A stretch of 63,670 bases of DNA, filler included, from Octopus bimaculoides (GCF_001194135.2; 10 parts of 9 records of this genome joined end to end with filler, not necessarily neighbours in it), one strand, 5' to 3'; counted from the first letter of the whole stretch, positions 24,946 through 37,568 are shown. Numbers and translations are program-made. The notes: generated by a model not told the origin, from the letters alone.

Positions 24946-25341
24946 GGGTAGTAGTAGAAGTAATAACAGCAGCAGTAGTAGCAGCATATATATCTATGTA
25001 TCGCAGAATAAGAAATAAAAAATATTTGGTACAGTATTATATATTTGAAAAATGAATAGAAATGGTTTTTATGATAATTTTTCCACTTTAATAATTAATT
25101 GTTTATANNNNNNNNNNNNNNNNNNNNNNNNNNNNNNNNNNNNNNNNNNNNNNNNNNNNNNNNNNNNNNNNNNNNNNNNNNNNNNNNNNNNNNNNNNNNN
25201 NNNNNNNNNNNNNNNNNNNNNNNNNNNNNNNNNNNNNNNNNNNNNNNNNNNNNNNNNNNNNNNNNNNNNNNNNNNNNNNNNNNNNNNNNNNNNNNNNNNN
25301 NNNACAGATGTATTAGTTTAACGCTCGGGAAGTGAGAGAGT

Positions 25342-25378
25342 CTTTTACGTTTCGAGCCTACGCTCTTCGACAGAAAAG
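25342..25378 (-). ncRNA. Minimal hammerhead-like motif, variant core CUGUCGA, within a PLE terminal-repeat fragment (25314-25440)
   Basis: Reverse complement CUUUU CUGUCGA A GAGC GUAG GCUC GAAA CGUA AAAG. Flanks are homologous to 2884-3030. Confidence 0.6.
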
Positions 25379-26823
25379 AACACAGAAATAAACAGGGAGA
25401 GAAAATAAAAAAGGTTTAATGGCTAGCGCTCTATCAAGCCAAGGGAAAAAAAACCATTTCCTTCAGCGAAACCGAAAACATCCAATTTTCCCTGGTCAAA
25501 ACGTTTCCTGCTTCCTTCCAACCCCAAAACTTGAAAATCACAACAGATGAGAGTACACCAACATCTTCAGTGATAAAGTCCGATTTTGGTATGATCTCGG
25601 AACAATACTTCTCACGTACATATTTTTTTCTTTCTAATCATACCGCATGAGGATTAAATTCCTTCTTTTTCACTCCAATGTCTTCTCCATAGGGAAACCG
25701 TATTCCCCTGAGAATGAGCCCCACTGACATTTATCGATTGGCCCTGCATATCTCTATAAACAGTTGATTGGTTCCGACCGACTTTCTACTTAATTATTTT
25801 TCACTCAACTACCTTCTTCTCATGCCGAAGTTCCTCACTGACAGCTTTTTTTTTAAAACTCCTGTTCGAGCGAACGATCAATTTAGGCTCAAGTGTGTCT
25901 CTTTTTACTCCCTTCAAGCATTTCTTTGTATTTTATTTTCAGTTTTTGTGTTGGCGAAGGGTCTCGCTTTTGTTTGCATGTGATAACCGTTGTCACATAA
26001 TTGATAGCTTTCCTTGCAACAACTATTTTTTTTTTACCCCTGTTAACCAAATCGGAGGCACTATTTTAGTTCTGCTTTATTCATTCATTCATTATTATTT
26101 CTTTATTTGTTCTTGTTGTGTTTTATTTTACATCTCCATGGTACTACTTTGGAGTAATTGAGAGGGTAATTAAACAAGAGTTAATTTTCAAAACTGAAGG
26201 GGCATTAGTCTTTTGTGGATATTCAGCTCGGATGTCGATAATCACTGCCAGCATCACCATGGTGGATTTCTTATTAATACTAGTCAAGTGTGGTGTTACT
26301 ATAGCCGGAAATTTAAAAATGTAATAATTAATCTTTTGAATTCTATCACCAATACTACATTTCGATTGTTTATATTCTTCGATCTTCTAATTCGTTATAC
26401 ATAAATTATTTTCGCCGATACTAGAGCCACTGTGAATTAACATGATAACCATAGGAGTCTGGTCGGTTTTAACAACCGGAGTTGGTGTGTTTACGTTCCG
26501 TACCTTATCGTTTCAGCACAAAGCCACCGATAGAATAAGTACCAGGCATTACTAAAATTCTTGAAGATCGTGCACTGGTATGGCTGCAGTCAAATGACTG
26601 AAACAAGTAAAAGATAAAAGAGTGATTAGAGACATCACTAGACTAACACCGGCTTGCCTGCCTCCGTTCTGCTCTGCAATCAAGTAGCGGCGCATGATTC
26701 AATTCGGTGCCATCCTCATCTACCGGTACCTGTATCGGAGTGGCCCAACACCTCACTATCCGCTTGTGAGCCGCACAAATGTCGCTGCGGAGCGGTAGGA
26801 GATGACTTCGACCTACAAAAGAG

Positions 26824-26854
<31 letters not shown>

Positions 26855-27040
26855 CGACTACTTACATACATGAACATATACCTATACACACAAACAAACA
26901 TACAAACATGCACACATACATACATATACATATATATATANNNNNNNNNNNNNNNNNNNNNNNNNNNNNNNNNNNNNNNNNNNNTTAATTAATTAANNNN
27001 NNNNNNNNNNNNNNNNNNNNNNNNNNNNNNNNNNNNNNNN

Positions 27041-29065
27041 AATACAATTGCAGGAGATTGAAAAAAATGCACAACTTTCCCATGGAAAAGAAAGAGCAGA
27101 CAAATAAGCCTTGGCTAAAGACAATATAAAATGTAACCCCAGAGCCTTCTACAAGTCTGCCAAAGAAACAACCTCAGTACACTGCAGGGTAGGGCCACTC
27201 CCCAAAAAAGATGGTTCACTCACAGGAAACCCAAGGAGGATAAGTGAAATACTAAATGAGCAATTCAAAAGTGTTTTCACTCCACCCCTAGGACACTTTC
27301 AAGTCAGCAATCCAGCTGACTTTTATACCACTGCAGTTATAAAAACAGAGGCAGTGATGATTGATTATATCAATATAAAAGAAGACGATGTAATAAGAGC
27401 TATAGATGAAATAAACCCGAACTCAGCTACTGGCCCTGATGGATTCCCAGCAATCCTTCTAAAAGCATGTGAGTCCTAGCAAGACCACTGCAGTCAGTCT
27501 TTCAGAGCTTCCTTGCAACCGGTAAACTTCCAAGCAAGCTGAAGGAGGGTAAATTATGCCCTATTCATAAAGGAGGTAGCAGAGCAGAGGCCAAAAACTA
27601 CAGACCTGTATCTCTGACTTCTCACATCAGCAAGGTCATGGAACAAATAGTCAGAAGATAAATAATCACATTCCTTGAGGAAAATGACTTGCTGACTGAC
27701 ACCCAACATGGTTTCCGACCAGGAAGAAGGTGCCTAACTCGGCTCTTACAACATTATGACTGAGTGTTGAAACAGCTGCTCAACCACTCAAATGTGGAAG
27801 TGATATATCTCGACTTTGCAAAGGCTTTTAATAAAGTCAATCATAGAATGATAAGTCACAAACTGCATGATCTCAGCATAGTCGGGAAATTGGGAGAATG
27901 GCTGCATGACTTTCTGAAAGATAGAAGTCAGATGGTAGTTACCAATGGGACCACCTACAATGACATGCAAATAGTGAGTGGAGTTCCATAAGGCACTGTT
28001 TTTGGACCACTACTGCTCATAATGGTCCTCTCAAATATGCCCTCAGCCACACACAGATCCACGATTACAAGTTATGCAGATGATACAAAAGTCTTACAGG
28101 TGATACAGAACCCTGAAGACACTATGCACCTCCAATGTAAGTTAGATGAAATATACAAGTGGGCAGAGAAGAATAGCATGCAGTTTAATGCTGAAATGTT
28201 TCAAGCCTTGTGCTATCAGCATGCAAAACTAAATGCAACACTAATTAAATACATTGGACCTGGAGGGATTGCAATACCAGAGACACAGTCAGTTCGAGAC
28301 TTGGGCATTTACATGAGTAACGATGCATCCTTCCATGTGCATGTTGCTAAGTTGGCAATGAAATGCAGGCAGATGACCAGATGGATTCTTAGAACGTTTA
28401 GAACGAGAGATCAGGAAACCATGATGGTCCTCTGGAGGACACTTGTCCTAAGCCACTTTGACTATTGCTTCCAGCTATGGTCACCAATCAATGTAAAATT
28501 AATTGCAGAACTTGAGGTAATCCAATGAAGCTACATGAAGAAGATAGCCTCTATGCAACATATAAGCTACTGGGAAAGACTCAAGAGATTACGACTCTAT
28601 TCCTTAGAGCGTAGGCAAGAAAGATATGCCATAATATGCATCTGGAAGATCCTAGAGGGACTTGTCCCAAACTTTGGCATTGAGAGTTACACTAATGCTA
28701 GAACAGGGCACCACTGCATAGTGCCAATAACTCCAAATTTGCCATCAAGATATGGGGCAAGATATTGCAACAGCCTAGGCTTTAAAGCCCTAGAGCTCTT
28801 CAATATCTTCCTGAAGGACCTGAGAGACCTACATGGGATGGATGTAGATGTTTTCAAAACAAAACTAGACCTCTTACTGTCAAGTATCTCAGATGAACCA
28901 ACTTCACAGTAGGAAGTGCAAATGAGGGCAGTGGCATCAAACTCCCTCATGCACCAATTGTCAATTTCTAAAAAGAATTAGTGAAGTAAAATTATATAGC
29001 AACACCAAATGACGGTGCCCCAGCATGGCCACAGCTCATGAGCTGAAACTAGATCAGATCAAAAA
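27041..29065 (+). mobile_element. Degraded 5'-truncated CR1/L2-group LINE (RT and 3' tail)
   Basis: SATGPDGFPAILLKAC, KNYRPVSLTSHISKVME, YLDFAKAFNKV, SGVP*GTVFGPLL, SYADDTK, VRDLGI, YWERLKRLRLYSLERRQERY across several broken frames. Confidence 0.92.
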
Positions 29066-29574
29066 TATAAAAGAACATCATTATTCATAAAAATAATAAC
29101 ATTAGTGGCTGCAGGCATAAAAGCCATATAGGCAAAATTAATAAATATATAGAAAATATAGATATAGATAGGAGTCAAAATACTCCAAAGCCACAGAAGA
29201 ATCACTAAATTAATACAGGTATGATAGGAAAAAATTTAATTTAATAAGAATTTTCTGACCTCCACAAAGGTTGCAGAAGGAATGTCAGTTAATCTAATAT
29301 CATGATTTTGAATGTAGCACCAAAGGCAGTCGATTCTCTTCAGCCAGATCTCCTAGTAACAATTACAAAGATTCACTACTATCATACTTATGTTCATTTG
29401 AGTGCCCAAGCGCCATTGAAACAAACGAACTATGCGAAATTATTTATAAATATATATATAAAGGAACATTATTATTCATAAAATTAATAACATTAGTGAC
29501 TGCAAGCACTGTATTGGCAAAATTGATAAATATATATAAAATATAGAAATATATTTATATATAATAGGGTACTA

Positions 29575-29815
29575 AACTACATAAAAAATATCTTGAAATA
29601 CTAAACAGTAAATTTACTCAATAAAATCACCATCGGCTTCAACCACAGACTCCAGGTGACTTCAGAATCTCCTGCAGTTCTTCTGGATGGTCTCCTTGTT
29701 TAAGTAGGTGAATAGGTGAATGCTGCCATAATCCTTGCCTTCAGTTCATCTTTGGTGTTACAAGGAGCTTTGTTGGTCTCTTGCTCAACTGCGCCTCACA
29801 CATAATAATCAAGAG
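29575..29815 (-). mobile_element. IS630-Tc1-mariner (DD37D/maT-like) transposase C-terminal remnant
   Basis: LDYYV*GAVEQETNKAPCNTKDELKARIMAAFT. The terminal sequence aaaaatatcttgaaatactaaa..gtaaattta recurs at 46591-46640. Confidence 0.7.
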
Positions 29816-30589
29816 TCAAATATTGTCAAGTAATCTTACACACCTGGTATAGTACAAAGCCTATATTTTAAAAGGAAATTCTGGAGTCACCTTATATACT
29901 GACATATATGGTATATGAATATGTACCATCATCAGTTAATATCCATGTTCTACGCTAGCTGTGGTCCAATGTCTACCTTTTCATGGTTTCTACAGTTGAG
30001 TGCCCTTGCTAATGCCAACCAATTTACAATGTGTAATGGGTGCTTTTTTCATGCCACTCTCTTGAAAGACTACAAATTCTAAAGGAAAGGTGTTGACTTT
30101 ATGCTGGGATTGAGAGAATACAACATGAGAGAGGAAGAAGGACAGAGCAAGCTCCAGTAGAGAGCTGCATGGTTACTCATATTTAGGAGGGGAAGAGAGA
30201 AATAAGTTGGCGCTACAAAGAGAGAGATATTAACAATGAGGTGTCCAGGTGGCCTCAGGTGGGTAGAAGTGGATGGGTGTGAGTGAGTCAAGATTGGGGG
30301 TATGCAAGGTTGTATGGGAGGAGGGGTTGAGGAGAGCCTGCAACTGTAAAAAGGTTGGGTGATGACCAATGACTCATGGGTTAGGAAAGGATAAAGGGAT
30401 GCAGGAAGGAATAGGTATAGGGGGAGAGTGATAGAAAAATGATACAGTTGAAGGGGAGGACAAGAGAAATGACAAGGCGAGAGGAGCGGGAGAAGAGGTA
30501 GGTGTAAGGCATGGTGAGAGGTAATTTGGTTCACTGGTTATTCTGATGTGGAGATTCTCTGGCCACCTACTTCCAAGTTGGTTTCTTGG

Positions 30590-31530
30590 TTCACTTTCTC
30601 TTTCCTTGGAGTGAGACTTCTGGACTTCTTTGATTTGAAGGTCATCAAGTCATCCAACTGACAGTGCAAATTGCAAGTCTTTGGATGCCACAATAGTTGT
30701 GTGGTTCATGAAGGCCTGTAGTGGTGCATTTGACATCTTCTGACAAGCTCCACTGGTTATTGCCTTACTTGCTGCGGCTCTAAGCACCTACATTGCCAGA
30801 ATAAAGAATATTGGTGACACTGTGCATCCCAATGCAATTACCACCTCTAGTTTAGCCCAAGTGGTTGTGTATGAACTCCAATGGTGGAGTAGCATGACCA
30901 TCCTTGAGAAGAGTTTAACATGAAACCTGCATTGTTCTCAGTGGAATTATGCCACTTGGGATCCAAACATGTCTTCCTCAAGTGCTCTTCCACAGTGTCC
31001 TGCTCTATTGAGAGTGCTCCTGATCATGGCTGATTGAAGAGACTCCTGGTATATTTGTAAAGCTTCTTGAAGGACTGATCCCACTCTCTCCTTCACTTCA
31101 GTCATTGTCTTTACTGAAAGCATTATATCTTTCTGAGGTCTTTCCAGATCTTTAACTGTCATTCTGTCTCCTCAGAATTTGAAGTGTGTAGGTGCCTTTT
31201 TAAGTTTCTTTTCTTATTCTTTAAGTACTCCATTTGTCTTTGCCATTTGTTTAGCTGGTAACTTTGTTTTCCCTTTTACACTACATTGTTCCTTGCAGAT
31301 CTTATATATACTCCCTCCATAAACCTCCAGGTGCTTATTGTACTATATTTTACCCAGTTCCTTGTTACTGTGTTTGGCAAATTGCACCATCAAGCCTACT
31401 CCAAGCTCCTTCATTGCTCACTGGTGGTCTTAATCACCACTGCTGGGGGGAATTCTTATCTCTCTTTAATATTTATGGTGTTTTTAATACATGTCCACAA
31501 GAGATATTATCTCAGGACAAACACTGCAGC
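30590..31530 (-). mobile_element. Highly degraded Tc1-like transposon
   Basis: MAKTNGVLKE-like start and the ...AMIRSTLNRAGHCGR HTH-region motif. The rest is decayed. Confidence 0.45.
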
Positions 31531-31997
31531 AACTGGTCTATCGACAGTGTACATACATTAAATATGATACACAGATGGTTATATATAACATAAATAAAAG
31601 CGTGTCATAAATTAAATCAACAATAGTGTGATTGAAGTCATTATTCAGTTTACAATTGAACGAAGGTTCAAAATAAAATCGTCTGAATATTGTGTTGTGT
31701 GCAATTGATTTTTCCTTCTAAACATTAAGCAACACACTTCTAAAACCTAAACTGTTCATACATTTATTAATTAATTGAAAATCATTAAGTTAATGTTTAA
31801 CGAAATTAAATATTTAATAAGAAAATGAAAAGTTTAGAAGTTAAATTTTTTATTAAAACATGTCGAAAATATATCCCACAGTGATACCAATTTTTGTTTT
31901 AAATTAGTTTACTTGACTCAAACTTGATGCAATATACAGAGCAACAACTATGAAACAACAAACTTTTGTCAGTCTCAGAAAGCAGTCTTGCAAAGTA

Positions 31998-33915
31998 TAG
32001 TAGTGGGGGCACAATGAGTAAGACTTATTGCATTTTTGACTTTGAAAAAAGATGTTTTTCATAAAAACTATGTCAGTTAAGCAAATGACCTCTAAATGCA
32101 TTAAAACCCCTATAACACACTCCGAACACTATTTTCAAAAATTATCTCTGCTCTCTTTGAGCATATAAAAGACAAATTTAGCTGGGGTAAAATGAGTAAG
32201 ACAAGCTAGATAAATTTACTTCTTCAATTCTCCAGAATTACATTTGAGTAAGGACTTATAAACAATATCCATCTTCAGGCATCAGTAATGCAACAAAAAT
32301 TTTGATGGACTTTTGGATCAGGACCCCCATATAAGTTGGAATTTCTCTGTTTTGATGGGATTTTTCCAATTTTTTTTCACCACAGCCTTCAAAGTGATGT
32401 GGGGGAGGGTGGGACTTATGAAATTTTTGAAAATTCATTTTTTTTTCTACCCTTCCCCATCCAGACTTTTTTTTTCTGGCCAATTTTTCTTTGCATTACG
32501 CACTTAAAAAAGATTGGGAAAGCCTTTTGGTAGAGAGAAATTTTTTGAAAAACTGTGATTTAAGGGAGATTTAGCTGTTATTTCTAGCATATCCTACGAC
32601 CTTCCCCGTTTCTTTGTCACTTTGAACATGTATTGATGTTTTTCAAACTTTTCTCACCATAAACACATTTTATGGAATGGTGGTCCATTGCTGGGATTTA
32701 AGCAACAAAAAGAAAAGTTGTAATTTAAATTTCTATCCTCTTCCCCACGCTAAGTGAATCCGTGTAAGAAAAAAAAACATTTACTAATAGAAGAGTATGC
32801 GATTAAAATACATTATCTTTTACATATCTTTTTTAAATCCCTATGGACAAATCCCATCAGACCTTAGGTCCCCACCAATATTATAAAAATTATAAACAAA
32901 CGGGAGTGGGGGTGAAAAAAATCATAAGTTAAAAATTTTTTTCTGTTTTTAATGATATACTTTTCTGTTAGTAAATGTCTTTTTCTTACACACAAACACA
33001 CGGACTCGCTTGATATCGAAGGGTGGGGAAGAAACGAAGAAAGTATCAGGTAGGTCGTAGGATGAGCTAAAAACAACAACTGAATAAATCTCCCTTAAAC
33101 AGCATACTTTTTATTCTGAGAATATTTTCAAAAATTCTTCTTCACAAAAAAGGCTTTCCCATCGTTTTTAAGTGCTTAGTGCAGGGTGAGGATGGAAGGG
33201 GAGGTGGGTGAAAACATTTTTTAATTTTCAAAATTCTTTTTCATAAAAAGCTCCCACACCCCATTATTTCGAGGCTGTGGTTAAAAAAAAAAAGGAGAAA
33301 GAATCTCGTCAAAGCGGAGAAAGTCCAACTTATGTGGGCGTTCTGATCCCAAACTGCGCCAAAATTTAAATTATGTAGGTCAAATTGAAAGAAGAACATG
33401 GTAAAATGGCACATATGAAATTAACGAAACTCGAATAAATCTAGAAACTAAACAGAATATTTTCACGGTCTGCTGAAGTGGTTCTCTACATGATATATTT
33501 ACGCACAATGCAGAAAAAGAAAAAAAATGAGTCATTACTCATTTTGCCCCAGTTTAGACATTTTTTTAGGGGGGGGGGATTGAAGATTATCAAATTAGTG
33601 TGGGGAAAAAATTGACTTGGAATCCAACAGAGAAGAGAATATTGATCGTTAAACACTAAAAATTATCCGTATATTTTATTAGCAACCTCAATTACAATCG
33701 GATCTAAGTTGAGGAAAAATTTCTTGAAAAAGGTATGTCACCTGACTATATTTCAAACTCTCTCAACTTCAACAACTATGTTGACCAATTTTTACTCCCA
33801 AGTATGACGCGACAGTACAAAATGATGATGTAATACTTGCTCTGTCACAGTTTTAAACAGATAAGGAAAGAAGCATTAAAAGAAATGAGAAATTACTCGT
33901 TTTGCCCCACTACTG
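31998..33915. mobile_element. ~1.9 kb foldback (long-TIR) non-autonomous DNA transposon
   Basis: Termini (T/C)AGTAGTGGGG(G)CA(C/A)AA(T/C)GAGTAA, with the motif repeated internally near 32183 and 33535. Arms ~32180-32810 and ~32940-33560 are mutual reverse complements, e.g. gcacttaaaaaagattgggaaagcc / ggctttcccatcgtttttaagtgc and tttaagggagattta...atcctacgacc. Confidence 0.85.
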
Positions 33916-34264
33916 AATAATAGTATTTATCCACCCAAATATATACAGATCGAAGGCATGGGACGATATACCGCGAAATGTTTTAGGAAAGCTCGTGAGA
34001 GAAATCGCAATCACACGAAAAGGTAAAGTCGTCGTCCTAAAAAAGCAAACCCCCTAGCAATTATCGGTATACCGAAACCACCACCGGCTTGAAGAAGTCC
34101 AAAGAACGCACGAAATTGAGTGTCAAAAGAAATATTCTCAGTTATGTAGTAATACGAGAAATCAGGGTGAACTCCGACCAATATGCAAAGATGTGGCTAA
34201 ACATAACATGCGAATTTTGATATACATTCACGTAGCTGGAACAACTAGAAACTGATAAACTTAC

Positions 34265-34341
34265 CCTACAACTCAGGATGATGAACCACTTAAAATAATA
34301 GCAATAACAAATAATGCAAATATCATTGTCAGTGTATCCAG
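34265..34341 (-). other. 77-nt splice-flanked cassette 63 nt downstream of CRPPA exon 1
   Basis: Acceptor ttccttctttttgtgtataacag and donor AGG|gtaagt. Joined to exon 1 it reads FN-S-WIH-stop. Confidence 0.45.
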
Positions 34342-34404
34342 CTGTTATACACAAAAAGAAGGAAAAACATTCGTTGTGATTTTTTTTTTTTTTTTGTTAC
34401 TTGC

Positions 34405-34556
34405 CTATTAAATGTTTCCAAAGTATATGCGATCAACGGTTTCCCCATAATGGGCCAAAATTGCTTTGGAGTAGGAACTCCCGTCCGAGAACCATAACCT
34501 CCAGCCGGCAAAACAACGCACACATTGAAATCCACTGGACTTTCGTCACCCGACAT
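34405..34556 (-). CDS. CRPPA: First coding exon of D-ribitol-5-phosphate cytidylyltransferase (IspD/TarI family)
   Basis: [51 protein letters not shown] carries the IspD signature LPAGG.G.R......KQF..I.G.P.I.YT. It ends AG|GCAAGT (phase 2), where I recall vertebrate ISPD intron 1 falling. Confidence 0.9.
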
Positions 34557-34594
34557 TGGAAACGTGTTGTTTGTTGATGATTTGTGACAAAGAT

Positions 34595-34640
34595 GGGGAT
34601 TGGCTGTTATTTTCGTTCGTAGAAAACCGACCAATCACTG
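34595..34640. promoter_or_regulatory. Two oppositely oriented CCAAT boxes upstream of the CRPPA ATG
   Basis: ATTGG at 34599-34603 and CCAAT at 34631-34635, within about 80 nt of the ATG in a locally CpG-richer region. Confidence 0.3.
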
Positions 34641-35271
34641 ACCGCAACATAGATTGCTGTGGAAACAGAATTGCTAACACAAATATTGTAATTATCACAC
34701 CAATGATACAATGCAGAATAAAATATCAGAAATGGAAAGAAAAATAATTCAGTAATTTTATAACAGACTATTTTCACAAGTAAATAATCGTAAATATTAC
34801 ACGTTTCCCATGTTTGAAATACCTAAATTGTAAGTTAAATACACAAAACAGTGGTCTGTGTACAGAATGTTAATCTTAAATTCGTTTGGTCTTTTTGTTT
34901 ATTCTTTTTTATGTAAAGTTGCGTTAAGCCGCCTGCGGAATTTTGTCATGCAAAAAGCTGAAATCTGAGAATAAAACAATTTTAAGGAAAAATATACAAA
35001 CAAATTCATCGAATATGTACAGATTTTTTTTATGACTTGATGTGACATGTACTGGAAACAAGAAACAAAACATTTGTAAAAATTAACACTTCCTTTTTCC
35101 GGGCTGGGATTCGAAACCGAATCTAACTATTCTCGCTCGTCTTGTCCGCCACTTGCAAAAACAGACGCGAAAGAAATTTCTTTGTTCTGTCAAAAGATGA
35201 TGGATGGATTTCCCTTTGACCTCCAACCGAGCTGTGTCATTTAAGGTTCAAGTGGACAGGAGGCGACTTGC

Positions 35272-37568
35272 ATCATCATCATCATCATCGTTTAACGTCC
35301 GCTTTCCATGCTAGCATGGGTTGGACGATTTGACTGAGGACTGGTGAACCAGATGGCTACACCAGGCTCCAATCTGATTTAGCAGTTTCTACAGCTGGAT
35401 GCCCTTCCTAACGCCAACCACTCCGAGAGTGTAGTGGGTGCTTTTACGTGCCACTGGCACGAAGGCCAGTCAGGTGGTACTGGCAACAGCCACACTCAAA
35501 ATGGTGTATTTTATGTGCCACCTGCACAGGAGCCAGTCCAGCGACACTGGCACAATCTCATTCGAATGTCTTTACATGTGCCACTGGCACAAGTGCCATG
35601 AAGGCGACGCTGGGCACAGGTGCCATCACGGTTTCGTATCTGCCTGCCCCAACAGGTCTTCACAAGCCGAGTTTCTTGTCCAATGAAGGAGATGACATTG
35701 GCATGGATGCCAGTCGTCGAATTTAGTTCGATTTCGATTCCGATTTCACTTGCCTCAACAGGTCTTCGCAAGTGGAGTTTTGTGTCCAATGAAGGAAGGT
35801 ACGCATAAGCGGGCTGGTGGAGGCCTTGGATTTAGGTCTCACTTAGCTTGCTGGGTCTTCTCACGTACAGTGTATTTCCAAAGGTCTCGGTCAGAAGTCA
35901 TCGCCTCAGTGAGACCCAATGTTCGAAGGTCGTGCCTCACCACCTCAGGTCTTCCTGGGCCTACCTCTTCCACAGTTCCCTCAACTGCTAGGGAATGGCA
36001 CTTTTTCACACAGTTATCGTCATCCATTCTCACCACATGATCATACCAACGCAATCGTCTCTCTTGCACACCACAACTAATGCTTCTTAGGTTCAACTTT
36101 TCTCTCAAGGTGCTTACGCTCTGTCAAGTATGCACACTGACATTACACATCCATCAGAGCATACTGGCTTCATTCCTTGCGAGCCTACGCATGTATTCAG
36201 CAGTCACGGCCCATGTTTCACTGCCATGAAGCATGGCTGTTCGTACACATGCGTCATACAGTCTGCCTTTTACTCTGAGAGAGAGACCCTTTGTCACCAG
36301 CAGAGGTAAGAGCTCACTGAACTTTTCCCAGGCTATTCTTATTCTAGCGGCTACACTTTCAGCGCACCCTCCCCCACTACTAACTTGGTCACCCAGATAG
36401 TGGAAGCTATCAACTACATCTAGTTTTTCTCCCTGAAATGTGGCAGAAGTTGTTTTCTGCACATTCACAGTGTTTATTGGTTCTGAACATCTGCTACGTA
36501 CAAAAACTAACTTCTTAGTTAACCTTCCTTTGATATTGCTGCACCTCTTATGTGTCCATAGCTTGCACTTGGTGCATCTTATAGAGTTTCTACCTACGCC
36601 TTTTCTACAGATCGAGCAGAGCCATCTACCTGAAGAGATTTGTGTTTTGTCTGCCTTCCTACTTATTAGGACTTTGGTTTTAGCTAGGTTGACTCTAAGG
36701 CTTTTAGATTCTAGTCCTTGCTTCCATACCTGAAACTTCTTCTCTAGTTCTGATAGTGACTCAGCAATTAGTGCAAGGTCATCAGCATAGAGGAGCTCCC
36801 AGGTGCATCCTGTCTTAAATTCATCTGTTATCGCTTGGAGGACTATGATAAATAGGAGTGGGCTGAGGACAGAACCTTGGTGGACCCCTGCCTTTACTTG
36901 GAATTCTTCACTGTACTCATTTCCAACCTTACCTTACTGACAGCGTCTCTATACATGGCTCACACAGCTCTCACTAACCATTCTTCTATCCCTAGTTTCT
37001 TCATTGACTACCAGATGAGGGATCGGGGGACCCTGTCAAAGGCTTTCTCCATGTCAACGAAAGCCAGGTACAGAGGTTTATCCTTGGCTAGGTATTTCTC
37101 CTGAAGCTGTCTTACCAGAAATATAGCATCTGTGTTGCTTTTCCCTGGCACGAACCCAAACTGCATCTCATCTAAACTGACTTGCTCCCTAATTAGTTGG
37201 GCTATGACCCTCTCCGTGACTTTCATTACCTGATCTAACAACTTGATACCTCTGTAATTATTTGTATCTAAAGCGTCACCTTTACCTTTATAGCAGTTGA
37301 CAATGGTGCTGCTACACCAATCATTGGGTATGACTCCTTTGTGTATCACCTGGTTAAAAATATGGGTGACTAGGCTATAGCCAACACTGCCAGATATTTT
37401 GAGCATCTCTGCAGTGATTCCTGATGGGCCAGGGGCCTTCCCTGCCTTCATACTCTAATTGCTTTATCTACCCTGGTACTGTCAACTCAGATAGCTGGTC
37501 CCTCTGTTGGGTCAACATTCGGCAGACTCTCTTTCTCCCATTCATTCTCTTTATTGAGCAATCTTTCG
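35272..37568 (-). mobile_element. 5'-truncated RTE-clade LINE inserted in the gypsy 5' LTR
   Basis: KAGKAPGPSGITAEMLK, NYRGIKLL, QFGFVPGKS, FVDMEKAFDRVPR, GVHQGSVLSPLLF, LLYADDL, MLHGSETWA, RLRWYDHV, with a (GAT)n tail at 35272. Confidence 0.95.

Noticed and set aside
34405-34556. A clustered ribitol-phosphate pathway (CRPPA with fukutin/FKRP-like neighbours)
   Set aside because: No LicD/fukutin motif was found in any candidate exon. The anchor-like exon at 20.2 kb alone is not evidence.
34557-34634. N-terminal extension of the IspD ORF given in the ORF track
   Set aside because: It relies on a non-ATG start and has no family similarity. The ATG at 34556 fits better.
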